DNA of 64,000 bases from positions 1,551,397-1,615,396 of the forward strand of contig CBDCOX010000002.1 of NCBI GenBank assembly GCA_965219995.1. The letters run 5' to 3'. The DNA is from Candidatus Latescibacterota bacterium (GTDB lineage: Bacteria; Latescibacterota; UBA2968; GCA-2709665). Under the pieces are notes generated by a model. That model was not told where the DNA came from. It saw only the letters and a program-made list of their open reading frames with translations, and ran no database searches. A program made the position numbers and the translations under genes. Below are positions 10,323 through 19,238 of the stretch, in pieces. Each line of letters starts with the position of its first letter. The stretch's first letter is position 1.

Positions 10323-12692
10323 TTACTCGTCGCGAAGGGCGTCTACGGGATTCAGCCTTGCCGCCCGAAGGGTTTGTCCGGCGACAATGAAGACAACGAT
10401 CGATAACGCGAGCAACGTCGAATAGACAAACACATCGACAGTCATCTGAATCCTGTAGGAGAAATCCTGCAGCCATCGGGACATCACATAGTATGCGACA
10501 GGCCACGCCAGGACGCTGGCCAGGAGTCCTGCAAATATAAACTTCCCTGAGTACATCGCCACAACACGCCATTTCGATGCGCCCAGAACGCGACGAACGC
10601 CAATTTGCTTCGTATCCCGTTCAAGGGTCGATCTGACGAGTCCCGCCAGACCCATTCCGGACAACAACAGCGTGATGCATACGCAGATGCCAACTATCCT
10701 GTTTAAGCCACGTTCTCTTGCGTACCATCGCTCAAACCTCTCGGTCAAGAACCCGCTATTTGACGAGAATGCCGTCTGTGGTGCAACTTTGGACCATGTC
10801 AGACGAATCCAATCCACGGCATCTTCCACACGTTCCGGATGAATTCTTGCCAGAATGACTGGACCGCTTTTGACGAGGAAAATGCCCAGTGGTTCGACCG
10901 GATTTTGCGGTGACATAAAATGGAAATCCTTGACAACACCCACGACCGTTCGGCGTCTGCGCCACCAGGTGATTTCCTCCCCGATCGGCGAGTCCAGTCC
11001 CAGCAGTCTTACGGCTGTTTCATTGAGCAGACAGGCGTGCAGGGTTTCATCCTGGGCGGAAAAACCTCGTCCCTCATTGATTTCAATGCCCAGGGTCTCC
11101 AGGTAGCGACGACTCGCCGCGAGACTTCGGATGGATACATTGCCGGAAACGGAACGACCCCGCGCCGTATAGCTTTGCAGATTACCTCCCGGGATGCCGC
11201 CGGATGCAACATACAGAATGGATGGCGATCGATTCAATTCCCGCTCTATCGTCAGGCGTTGATGCGTCGAAAAGCCCGGCGTGGAAAAATAGAAGACCTG
11301 TTCGGGCGACAGACCCAGGTTCCCTTTGTCGATATGGTCCAACTGCAAGTATACGATTGAAGCAACAATCAGCAGAAGTGTGGAAATCCCTACCTGAAAC
11401 AGGAACGGCACATTCCGCAACCACGCTGCCGTTCTGAATGCCAATCTGCCTTCCACGATATTTGCGGGCTTTCCCCTGACCAGCCAGAGGACGGGCAAAC
11501 TCCCGGCGCCGATACAAACCAGGAAGACTGGCACGCAAAGTGTGGTTAATACTCCGGTAACATGTTCGAACCCGTAAGATCGGACCGTAAGTGTGATACG
11601 ATTCAACCAGGGCAGACACAAGTAGGCGAGTGCGATAGCAAACAATAACGCAATTGCGACAATCAAGAGTGAGTCGGCCACGAAATGCAATGCCAGTTCG
11701 GTTCGATCTCCTCCGAAGACCCTCCTGGCTCCAATTTCCCTCGAGCGGTCCAGAAATCGGGCCGTGTTGAAATTCACAACATTCGTACAGACACCGACCA
11801 AAATGAAAAACGCCAGGACTGCAGGGACGTAGATATAGACGGATCGGCTGAGACTCACGTTTGCCGAGAACTGTTGATTCTGCGATGGGTCAAGATGGAT
11901 ATCCGTCAATGGCTGGAGAGAGAGCTGAAAGCGCCTGGCGTCTCGATTTCCATAGAATTCCCGGATGAATTCGCGCTCCTGAAGATCGAAATCGTCGGAT
12001 GTATAGCCTTCATCAAGCAGCACGTACGTGTAGACGGACATCCAGCGTTTGGAATTAAAATAGGTCGGGAGATGGCTGGTAACGCTGTTTATCGAGAAAA
12101 GATAGTCAAAGGAAATGTGCGAATTCCGGGGAATGTCCTTCAGGACACCGGTTACCGTCAGGAAATACGCTTTGCCCTTGAATTCTCCCGCTTTGATTAC
12201 GCTTCCCATGGGATCCGAATCCCCAAACAGCCTTCTTGCCAGGGATTCTGTAATCACAATCGAAAAGGGTTTTGCGAGCGCAGTCCGGGCGTCTCCCCTG
12301 ACCAGCGGGAAGGTGAATATATCGAATACGTTGGCGTCGACGCTGTAACCTGACGCACGAAATTTACGATCATCGTGCTCAACCACCCGGTTAAAACGGA
12401 AAAAACGGACGTAATCAAGAATATAGGGATATTCTTCAGACAGACGCGTGCCCATAAACCACGCGGATTGATGCCAGATGCGCTCCCCGTTTTCGAATTG
12501 TCGTCGTACGGTAAGGCGATATATCCGGTCGGCATTCTCATGAAAACGATTATAGCCGAATTCATCCAGCACGTTGACGCCGTTCAGCAATACAGCAGCA
12601 ATACCGACGGCCATCCCTGAGATATTTATGGTTGATGCGACTTTGTGCCTTTTCAGGTTTCGCCAGGAAACGATGAGGTGCGATTTCAACAT
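10323..12692 (-). CDS. FtsX/MacB-like ABC transporter permease
   Basis: 789-aa ORF; N-terminal TM (KVASTINISGMAVGIAAVLL), large extracytoplasmic domains and two FtsX-type helix bundles; typical stand-alone MacB-like permease layout. Confidence 0.85.
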   Translation of the reverse strand: MLKSHLIVSWRNLKRHKVASTINISGMAVGIAAVLLNGVNVLDEFGYNRFHENADRIYRLTVRRQFENGERIWHQSAWFMGTRLSEEYPYILDYVRFFRFNRVVEHDDRKFRASGYSVDANVFDIFTFPLVRGDARTALAKPFSIVITESLARRLFGDSDPMGSVIKAGEFKGKAYFLTVTGVLKDIPRNSHISFDYLFSINSVTSHLPTYFNSKRWMSVYTYVLLDEGYTSDDFDLQEREFIREFYGNRDARRFQLSLQPLTDIHLDPSQNQQFSANVSLSRSVYIYVPAVLAFFILVGVCTNVVNFNTARFLDRSREIGARRVFGGDRTELALHFVADSLLIVAIALLFAIALAYLCLPWLNRITLTVRSYGFEHVTGVLTTLCVPVFLVCIGAGSLPVLWLVRGKPANIVEGRLAFRTAAWLRNVPFLFQVGISTLLLIVASIVYLQLDHIDKGNLGLSPEQVFYFSTPGFSTHQRLTIERELNRSPSILYVASGGIPGGNLQSYTARGRSVSGNVSIRSLAASRRYLETLGIEINEGRGFSAQDETLHACLLNETAVRLLGLDSPIGEEITWWRRRRTVVGVVKDFHFMSPQNPVEPLGIFLVKSGPVILARIHPERVEDAVDWIRLTWSKVAPQTAFSSNSGFLTERFERWYARERGLNRIVGICVCITLLLSGMGLAGLVRSTLERDTKQIGVRRVLGASKWRVVAMYSGKFIFAGLLASVLAWPVAYYVMSRWLQDFSYRIQMTVDVFVYSTLLALSIVVFIVAGQTLRAARLNPVDALRDE

Positions 12693-12795
12693 TCAGCTGC
12701 TCATCCTGAAAGACAACTCCAGCGTATCGTACTCGCCGGATATCTTAGTCATATAACGAGTCGGAATTTCGGCGCTGTGTTCCACGGACCGAGTT

Positions 12796-13290
12796 CTACG
12801 CGTTCTTGTCCTGTGCAATACACAGACTGTTACCGTCGGGATCCTCGAAGCTGAACTCGATATTTCCCCAGCTCTGGTCCCAGAGCTTTCCAACAGGAAT
12901 ACCCGCCTGCCTATACTCCTCGTAGACGGCCGCCGCGTCCTCGACGTAGATCTGTACCGTCCGCGTCCCCGGCGGACCGTCGCCGGGAAACGAGGAGACG
13001 ACAATGTGGGCCGAATCCCGGACAACACCCATGTAGCACGGGTCCCGCTTTGTCGAGTGTGGCCGCCAGGCGTACACGCGGCGAAACCCGAGTTTTCCGC
13101 AGTAGAACTCCTCCGCAGCCACTGAACTCGATACACCCAGAATTGGTACCGCCTCTTTGAACACGCTATAACCTCCAATTTTGCTTTGCAATCGGAAGGA
13201 CCGGCACTGAAGAACGGGGCTGCGCAACGGCCGACTCCAGTCTGCCTGTTTCACGCAACCCCAATGCTCCGCCAGTTTGAATGACAACAC
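12796..13290 (-). CDS. VOC/bleomycin-resistance-like protein
   Basis: C-terminal ~120 aa: VPILGVSSSVAAEEFYCGKLGF ... FEDPDGNSLCI; the first ~40 aa of the track ORF are probably not translated. Confidence 0.6.
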   Translation of the reverse strand: MLSFKLAEHWGCVKQADWSRPLRSPVLQCRSFRLQSKIGGYSVFKEAVPILGVSSSVAAEEFYCGKLGFRRVYAWRPHSTKRDPCYMGVVRDSAHIVVSSFPGDGPPGTRTVQIYVEDAAAVYEEYRQAGIPVGKLWDQSWGNIEFSFEDPDGNSLCIAQDKNA

Positions 13291-13308
13291 ACCGAGCGCT
13301 GGGGATGA

Positions 13309-14175
13309 TCACGTCTTCCGGAGTATCACGTAGACGTTTCCATGTTCACCGGACACATGCTCCCTATCCCCGAGTGCTACGAAATCCTCTCCGTAAATCG
13401 CGGCGACTTCGAATTCTTCAGATTTGTGTGCCAGTTTCTCCAGATCAGAAAATAGCCAGAGCCTCAACGTATGGCTCTCCTTGTATCGATCCGTTTTCCC
13501 GTTTTGCTCGACCGCAATCGTGCATTCCTGGTGACATAATCTCGATTCTCGGTCTTCGTCGAGAATTCTCCACCAAGTACTCACTCGGACGCCCTCCCGT
13601 TCACTTGTCCAATGATCGCCATCCGGAAGTACGGCTTCGTGGGCGAAGTTGAGGTGGACAATGTAGATTCCGTTCTGACGAAGTGACGAACCTGTAGCTC
13701 GCAGATGGGAGACGATTTCGTCATCCGAATGGAGATATCCGATGCTGTTGATCGAATTCAGCGCGGCATCGAATACGCCGGGGACCTCAGCGGATACCAT
13801 TTCCCCGGGCACGACGCGGACAATCAGGGCGTATCCTGCCGCTGCAACCGAGTCGATTGCATATTGAACCATATAGCGGTTGGCGTCATACCCTGCAACG
13901 TCGAATCCACCCGCAGCCAGGGCCCTTAGCATGCGCCCCGTTCCACAGGCGGGTTCCAGAATGTGCCTAACTGGGAAGGGAACGTGCGATTCAAAGACGC
14001 GTTTGAAGAAGCGTATCTCCTCGGACAGATCCCATGAGAACGCGATGTCATAGATCCGAGGATGGTTGTAGAGCTCGAACCTGTCAGTCCGTTCGTGCGT
14101 AGTCACATGATTCTCCCTGTCGTTCAAGGTTCCCGGCGCCCCCGACCTCGCGATTGTCAGGCACAGGGCGCCCAC
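13309..14175 (-). CDS. class I SAM-dependent methyltransferase
   Basis: 288-aa ORF; motif I ILEPACGTGRMLRALAAGGFDVAGYD. Confidence 0.8.
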   Translation of the reverse strand: MGALCLTIARSGAPGTLNDRENHVTTHERTDRFELYNHPRIYDIAFSWDLSEEIRFFKRVFESHVPFPVRHILEPACGTGRMLRALAAGGFDVAGYDANRYMVQYAIDSVAAAGYALIVRVVPGEMVSAEVPGVFDAALNSINSIGYLHSDDEIVSHLRATGSSLRQNGIYIVHLNFAHEAVLPDGDHWTSEREGVRVSTWWRILDEDRESRLCHQECTIAVEQNGKTDRYKESHTLRLWLFSDLEKLAHKSEEFEVAAIYGEDFVALGDREHVSGEHGNVYVILRKT

Positions 14176-14266
14176 ATGGGACGCCCCTACAAGACGAGGG
14201 GGTTGTTTCAGACCCGAAGACGCTTGATCACGTAACGCAAACTGTCAGTTTGCGCTGCTGTCGCAG
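14167..14266. repeat. family B intergenic repeat, copy 1
   Basis: GCGCCCACATGGGACGCCCCTACAAGACGAGG ... CTTGATCACGTAACGCAAACTGTCAGTTTGCGCTG, with palindrome CGCAAACTG-T-CAGTTTGCG; second copy at 19043-19146. Confidence 0.7.
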
Positions 14267-14504
14267 AGCCGTTGTCCTGAGTTTACGGTTCCTGAGTGTC
14301 GTACCGGGGACGGATGTCGCGTGGTTGGCCGACCGGCGTGGTTCAGGCTAGCCGTACTGTTCCTCCAGCCACGCGACCACGAAGTCCGCCAGGTCCCTGG
14401 CGTCGATCAAGCAGGAGTCTGCGGCGCCAACCGGACCCTCTGCGCAGCGTCCCAGGGCCATATACGCAGACGTTTTGTTGGATACAGACCTGCGCGAGTA
14501 ATTA

Positions 14505-15185
14505 CTACGAATCCCACCCCCAACTTTTGACCAGACCCCGGTCCGCGCCCCCCTGAACCAGCAATGGTATCAGCTCCGGATGCTTCTGGCGCACGGCCGT
14601 ATTGCACAAGAGCCGGGTATAGGGCTTCACGAGTGCGCCTTCTCCGATCAGCCACCGGGCGAGTTGCTCGTGGCCTCCCGCCACGGCAAAGTGCAGGGGG
14701 GTCACGCGCCAGACGGTGTCGTCCTCCTGTTCCCCGGTCAACAGGTCCGGCTCGGCATTCAGATGGTGTCGTACCCGTTCAGTGTCACCCAAGTAGCACG
14801 CCGAGTAGATATCCAGTACGGTCCCTGCTTTTTCCAACATCCGGGCGAGTTCCAACCGACGATAACGTCGCGCAATACAGTAGGGCTTCAGGAGAACCGT
14901 GATCTCTGCCCGGATCCGCCCCGGGATATTGGGATCGGCTCCCTCGCGCAGCAGGAACCGCACGACGTTGATCCGATTGCCGCGCGTTGCCTCCCAAAGA
15001 AACGTCCTGTTGTGCCCGCCGCTCTTGGCATGCAGGAGCGTCGGATCCTGTCTCAGATACCGCTTCAAGGCCCTCAAATCGCCGCGCCGTACCTCCTTTA
15101 ATATCTTGTCGATACCGAAACGACCGCTGTGGCCCGCGCGCGGCTTCGTCTCATTTCCCCATCCGTTGTCGTCCGAAGACATCAC
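14505..15185 (-). CDS. ankyrin repeat protein
   Basis: 226-aa ORF; ANK units TFLWEATRGNRINVVRFLLREGADPN and TPLHFAVAGGHEQLARWLIGEGA. Confidence 0.8.
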   Translation of the reverse strand: MMSSDDNGWGNETKPRAGHSGRFGIDKILKEVRRGDLRALKRYLRQDPTLLHAKSGGHNRTFLWEATRGNRINVVRFLLREGADPNIPGRIRAEITVLLKPYCIARRYRRLELARMLEKAGTVLDIYSACYLGDTERVRHHLNAEPDLLTGEQEDDTVWRVTPLHFAVAGGHEQLARWLIGEGALVKPYTRLLCNTAVRQKHPELIPLLVQGGADRGLVKSWGWDS

Positions 15186-15405
15186 TCATCTTCCTTTGAC
15201 AGTTTAGGGCGGAGATTGACCTTGATTCGTCATTCTTCCGGGACGTTAATTCGAATATATGCAAGCGAATAAAGACGATTTGACGTCGGATTTCCACGAA
15301 CCTTCAGGTCACTGGACGTGAACAAAAAAAAATGTGCTTCCGGACGACCTTTACGCCCCGTTTCGAAAGTATTCTCCACAGTGTCGGCTTGCTGGATTTT
15401 TCGAT

Positions 15406-15556
15406 GCAAGGCAAATTGCCACAAGAGGCACAAAAACAGCTATTCTGTTACAGAGCGTATCGCCGAAAGACAAGGAAATACGTTCAGGGTCACGGCGTTA
15501 CGACACACGCCGTTTCGCACCGATACCCTTTGTGTCTTTTGTGCTTTTTGTGGCCA
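15406..15556. mobile_element. MITE-2: 151-nt inverted-repeat element flanked by a 10-bp direct repeat
   Basis: Inverted arms AATTGCCACAAGAGGCACAAAAACA (15414-) and TTTGTGTCTTTTGTGCTTTTTGTGGCCAA (-15557); identical ATTTTTCGAT at 15396-15405 and 15557-15566; internal hairpin CGGCGT..ACGCCG. Confidence 0.55.
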
Positions 15557-15704
15557 ATTTTTCGATTTTCTTTTTTTTAAATTGAGATTGATAGCTGTGG
15601 AGATTTCCCGGTGCGCGAAATTCCGGTGGCTGCTGTTTGAAGGCCTGAATGCGCCGCGCCCGTCGCCTTCGAATTGGCGACCTGCACGGAAGTCGTGCGA
15701 ATGT

Positions 15705-16160
15705 TCAGCCGGTCTTTCGCAGTTCAGCGTTCAGCCTGTCCAGGCTGTCTTTAGGCCATGTCTCAATCCTGTCATACCCCTTATCAAACTGAGGAACGTG
15801 GGCCGGCAGTCCGAGCCAGGCGTGCTTTTCCCTGGTCCAGATGTGTGCGTTAATTTCCAGAACCCTCAAATCGTCCAGCGTCTGCGACCGCAATAACGCC
15901 GTGCATGGGTGATGAGTCGCAGTACTGTAGATCACATCCTCGCACGACTGGCAGATGAACGTCGTTCGATTCGCCGCGACAGACTTCGAGACGAACTCTC
16001 CCTTGTCGCACGTTACATCGGTTTCCAACACAATGATGGTAATTCCAAATGCCGAGCCGGAAGCCTTTTGACAGTCCACGCAATGACACGCATGCACAAA
16101 GAGAGGCGCATTCAGAAGTCTGTAACGCACCTCTCCGCACCGGCAGCCACCGGAATACAT
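15705..16160 (-). CDS. GFA (glutathione-dependent formaldehyde-activating)/CENP-V family protein
   Basis: Zinc motifs GGCRCGEVRY, HACHCVDCQKASGSAF, CQSC; start moved to ATG 16160 (MYSGGCRCG). Confidence 0.85.
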   Translation of the reverse strand: MYSGGCRCGEVRYRLLNAPLFVHACHCVDCQKASGSAFGITIIVLETDVTCDKGEFVSKSVAANRTTFICQSCEDVIYSTATHHPCTALLRSQTLDDLRVLEINAHIWTREKHAWLGLPAHVPQFDKGYDRIETWPKDSLDRLNAELRKTG

Positions 16161-16552
16161 ACGGTTCCCGTTCACCGAATCAACCGAAGGATTATGGTGA
16201 GTTAACTGAGAAAATCGATCGTTTATCCGTATAGCAAGTTGCACTTAGACGGGTTTGAGTCTTGCAGTAATGCTTCTCTGAAAAATGCGTTCATGTTTCT
16301 TCATGCTGTGTACAACAATCGATGTGCTGCGATCCCCCCACCGCATCAGCCGTCGCCGGTCCTTCGACAATCCTTCGACATTTCGACAAGCTCAATGCAG
16401 GCATGCTCAGGACAGTGGCTCAGGGGACGGCTCGGCTTCTGCGACTCCCCCTCAAGGGGGGAGTGATTCGACCCTAAGACGGGCTCGCGCTTTTGCAACG
16501 ATCTATTTGGTTGCGGCTGAACACCTCGAAACCGGGCTGGGTAACTTATCGC

Positions 16553-16765
16553 GGAAACCAATGGTTTTGTTATATAACCAGTTGTATTTCAAGAAATTAT
16601 GGGACATGGAACCGGAGCATTTTTCCTGCTCCTGGCTTTTTCCTGGATCGGGTTCTTATCCTGCTCTTGGTTTCTAATCCTGATAATCCTGCAAATCCTG
16701 ATTGGTTTTGGTTCTTATCCTGTCTATCCTGTCCATCCATGTAAGTCTGCGTCTTTGAATTGTAG
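16553..16765. repeat. family C composite intergenic repeat, copy 2
   Basis: GTTATATAACCAGTTGTATTTCAAGAAAT on the left. Nine TCCTG-containing 9-mers follow, including TAATCCTGA TAATCCTGC AAATCCTGA. The right end is TTATCCTGT CTATCCTGT CCATCCATG TAAGT..TTTGAATTGTAG, next to the stop of 16777..17736. Confidence 0.7.
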
Positions 16766-16776
16766 AAACCCAGGTA

Positions 16777-17736
16777 TCACCCCAACCGTTTCACCAGCCC
16801 GTAATCCACCAGCTGCCGCACCCGGTATCCGGCGCCGAAATAAATCTCCTGCGCCGGATTGTTGAGCCCCGTATGGAGCGTATTGCGTACCACACCCCGT
16901 TTCTTGAACTCCGCACACATCAGATTGAACAGAACCGTACCGATCTTGCCGCGCCGATAGTCCGGATGCGTGCCGATCCCCGTAAAACTGCTCCTTCCAT
17001 CCGTTCCAACCCGGACCGGTCCGGCGAATCCCACCACCGCGGGGCCGTCCGTCGCAATGAAAACGGGATACGGGGGAACTCCGTCCAGGCATGACTTTAC
17101 AGAAGCCTCCCAGCCACCGGGGAACAATGCCTCCATAAACGCACACAGCGCCTCGCGGTGTCCGGCGTCGCATTGCCCGAACAGAATTCCTCTGGACCGG
17201 TTATTCTCGATAGCGCCCACGATCTCCTCGCGAAGTTCAAATTCGGCAAACGTCGTTTCCATAAACAGACTTACCGAACCTCGGTTGCGGAATCCCTGAT
17301 TCAGGAAAAACGTATAGGCCGGCGTCTTAATATCGACGCCGGTCGCGAACGTGATCGGGTTTCCCTTGTAACCGATCCGCATTTCCGTACACCCACGTCC
17401 CGCCAGAAATTCTCCCGCGGCATCCAGGAGCCTGCCCCCAAACCCATTTTGCCGAAAGTCCGAATCCACCATCAACACGCTCAGGTAGCCCGTCTCTCCA
17501 GTCCCGGGCGCAACCGCCAAAGCAAACCCGACAACCCTTGTATCCATCCGCGCAACCAACGCCCCCTTCCGGTCATAATCCGAATGGGCCAGGACCCGCT
17601 GTCGAAACCCCGCTTCATCCATCCGGAAATCGTACTTCCGGTCCGCAAACGCCCGCTGCCAGAGATCCATCACCGGCGCCAGGTCTTCATCCTTCCAGGA
17701 TGAAATCGAAAAAGTGCTCATATCAAAACCCACCAA
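16777..17736 (-). CDS. GNAT family N-acetyltransferase (two GNAT-like halves)
   Basis: 319-aa ORF; acetyl-CoA loops FRQNGFGGRLLDAA and YRRGKIGTVLFNLM. Confidence 0.7.
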   Translation of the reverse strand: MVGFDMSTFSISSWKDEDLAPVMDLWQRAFADRKYDFRMDEAGFRQRVLAHSDYDRKGALVARMDTRVVGFALAVAPGTGETGYLSVLMVDSDFRQNGFGGRLLDAAGEFLAGRGCTEMRIGYKGNPITFATGVDIKTPAYTFFLNQGFRNRGSVSLFMETTFAEFELREEIVGAIENNRSRGILFGQCDAGHREALCAFMEALFPGGWEASVKSCLDGVPPYPVFIATDGPAVVGFAGPVRVGTDGRSSFTGIGTHPDYRRGKIGTVLFNLMCAEFKKRGVVRNTLHTGLNNPAQEIYFGAGYRVRQLVDYGLVKRLG

Positions 17737-17750
17737 TCCACTTAATCCGA

Positions 17751-17994
17751 ATTATTCATGAAAACCGGTGTGTATGTTGTATAATCGGTTGATTTTAAAT
17801 AACATTAGCAGAATATATAACGATAACCTGTAAGAGTCTGGAATCGGGTTGGCCGGCGTAATGTTGGGGTTTCAGGGTGGTCGGAATTACGACGCGCGGT
17901 CCATGGTGAGTCGATTCACTGCCGTTGCTCGTTTTGTCGCGCTATTTGGTTTTCATCCTGTCCATCCATGTAAGTTCCGTTTTATGAATTAGAG
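17751..17994. repeat. family C composite intergenic repeat, copy 3
   Basis: ATTATTCATGAAAACC..TGTATAATCGGTTGATTTTAAATA on the left; TTTCATCCTGTCCATCCATGTAAGTTCCGTTTTATGAATTAGAGG on the right, abutting the stop of the RidA gene. Confidence 0.7.
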
Positions 17995-17997
17995 GGT

Positions 17998-18393
17998 TTA
18001 ACTGCCGGGAAGGAAAGCGACGGCTTCGATCTCCACCAGGTAATCCGGATGGGCGAGACCGCTGACGAACAGCAGCGTGTTCGGGGGAAAAGCGTCCGTG
18101 ACGAAGCGGTTTCGGACGCGGCGAAAGGCCTCGAGGTGGCTGCGTTCGGTGAGATATGTGGTCAACTTGACGATGTCGTCCAGACTGCCTCCGAGTTCCT
18201 CCAGGATGGCCTGAAGGTTCGCGTAGACCTGCCGCGTCTGCGCCTCGATGTCGCCTTGCCCTACCAGGTTGCCGTCCGGGTCGAGGGCGATCTGACCGGC
18301 AATGTAACAGGTGTCGCCGGCCTTCGCGACGTGCGAGTACCCCACACCCGCCGTCGAGTGGACACTTCCCGGATGTATGATCTCACGCGCCAT
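17998..18393 (-). CDS. ridA: RidA/YjgF family reactive-intermediate deaminase
   Basis: YIAGQIALDPDGNLVGQGDIEAQTRQVYANLQAILEELG ... VEIEAVAFL; AGGAGG RBS ahead of ATG 18393 (the track ORF extends to 18447 through a tandem repeat). Confidence 0.85.
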   Translation of the reverse strand: MAREIIHPGSVHSTAGVGYSHVAKAGDTCYIAGQIALDPDGNLVGQGDIEAQTRQVYANLQAILEELGGSLDDIVKLTTYLTERSHLEAFRRVRNRFVTDAFPPNTLLFVSGLAHPDYLVEIEAVAFLPGS

Positions 18394-18410
18394 CGATCCC
18401 CACCTCCTGT

Positions 18411-18440
18411 ATAATAGTCTCCAATATAATAGTCTCCAAT
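18411..18440. repeat. 15-bp tandem duplication just upstream of the ridA RBS
   Basis: ATAATAGTCTCCAAT x2 (18411-18425, 18426-18440). On the minus strand this reads ATTGGAGACTATTAT x2, giving TTGGAG-17 nt-TATTAT. Confidence 0.8.
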
Positions 18441-18495
18441 TTCGCACGCTACCCGTCCCTCGAACCGGCGTTTGTACGGGCCCAGGAACCGATCC

Positions 18496-18906
18496 TCACG
18501 ACCTTCCGGATAATCTTGCACCAATCCACGCCATCGGGATGTAAGCGCCAACCAGATCCACGACATTGAACAGGACCGGGCCCCCTATCATGATGACATT
18601 GGCGATTCCTCCGATCAGGAACAGCCCGCCTACAACCATAGCCACTGCCATCCTGCAGCTTGCGGCGATCATGGCGGCCAGATACGCGCCCACGAGGGTC
18701 CCCAGCGCATGCGCCACCCATGGGAATATGAAGTGCCTGAATTCAAACAGGTGCATGGACGCCTTGATGGATTCCACGTTGGTCACGTCGACACCATCGG
18801 GAGGCGGGATGATTACAGGTCCGATCATGACCACAATCATATTGGCGATGCTACCCACCACGACACCGACGACGACGGCCAAGACATTCTTCAGCTTGGA
18901 CTTCAT
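18496..18906 (-). CDS. small integral membrane protein, unknown function
   Basis: 136-aa ORF with about four hydrophobic helices; no family recognised. Confidence 0.5.
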   Translation of the reverse strand: MKSKLKNVLAVVVGVVVGSIANMIVVMIGPVIIPPPDGVDVTNVESIKASMHLFEFRHFIFPWVAHALGTLVGAYLAAMIAASCRMAVAMVVGGLFLIGGIANVIMIGGPVLFNVVDLVGAYIPMAWIGARLSGRS

Positions 18907-19042
18907 AAATCACCTCTCCTGTGTGATGTTAAGTTACACCGGCAAACATGCTCATCAAATGGCTCCATCATAGACTCGCACGAGATCGGACGACACCGCG
19001 CCCCCAAAAGGCTACGGAGGACCATCACCGTAGCCCGTGGCC

Positions 19043-19146
19043 GGGCGTCCACAAGGGACGCCCCTACAAGGCGAGGAAGAGTGAATCGGGGCTGAACGTG
19101 CTTGATTCGGTACCGCAAACTGGCAGTTTGCGGTGTGGTCGCCGGA
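19043..19146. repeat. family B intergenic repeat, copy 2
   Basis: GGGCGTCCACAAGGGACGCCCCTACAAGGCGAGG ... CTTGATTCGGTACCGCAAACTGGCAGTTTGCGGTG; co-linear with 14167-14266. Confidence 0.7.
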
Positions 19147-19238
19147 CCGTCGCCACAAACATACCAGGCGAACCTCAAGCCTTCAAATACTCGAAATCGA
19201 CACCCCAGGAAACCCGACGGGGAACTATCGCGGATGCC

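Noticed and set aside
16620-16746. Regularly spaced short repeats (TCCTG 9-mers) considered as a CRISPR array
   Set aside because: The units are 9 nt with no unique spacers, and no cas genes are present. This is a tandem or iteron-like repeat, not a CRISPR.
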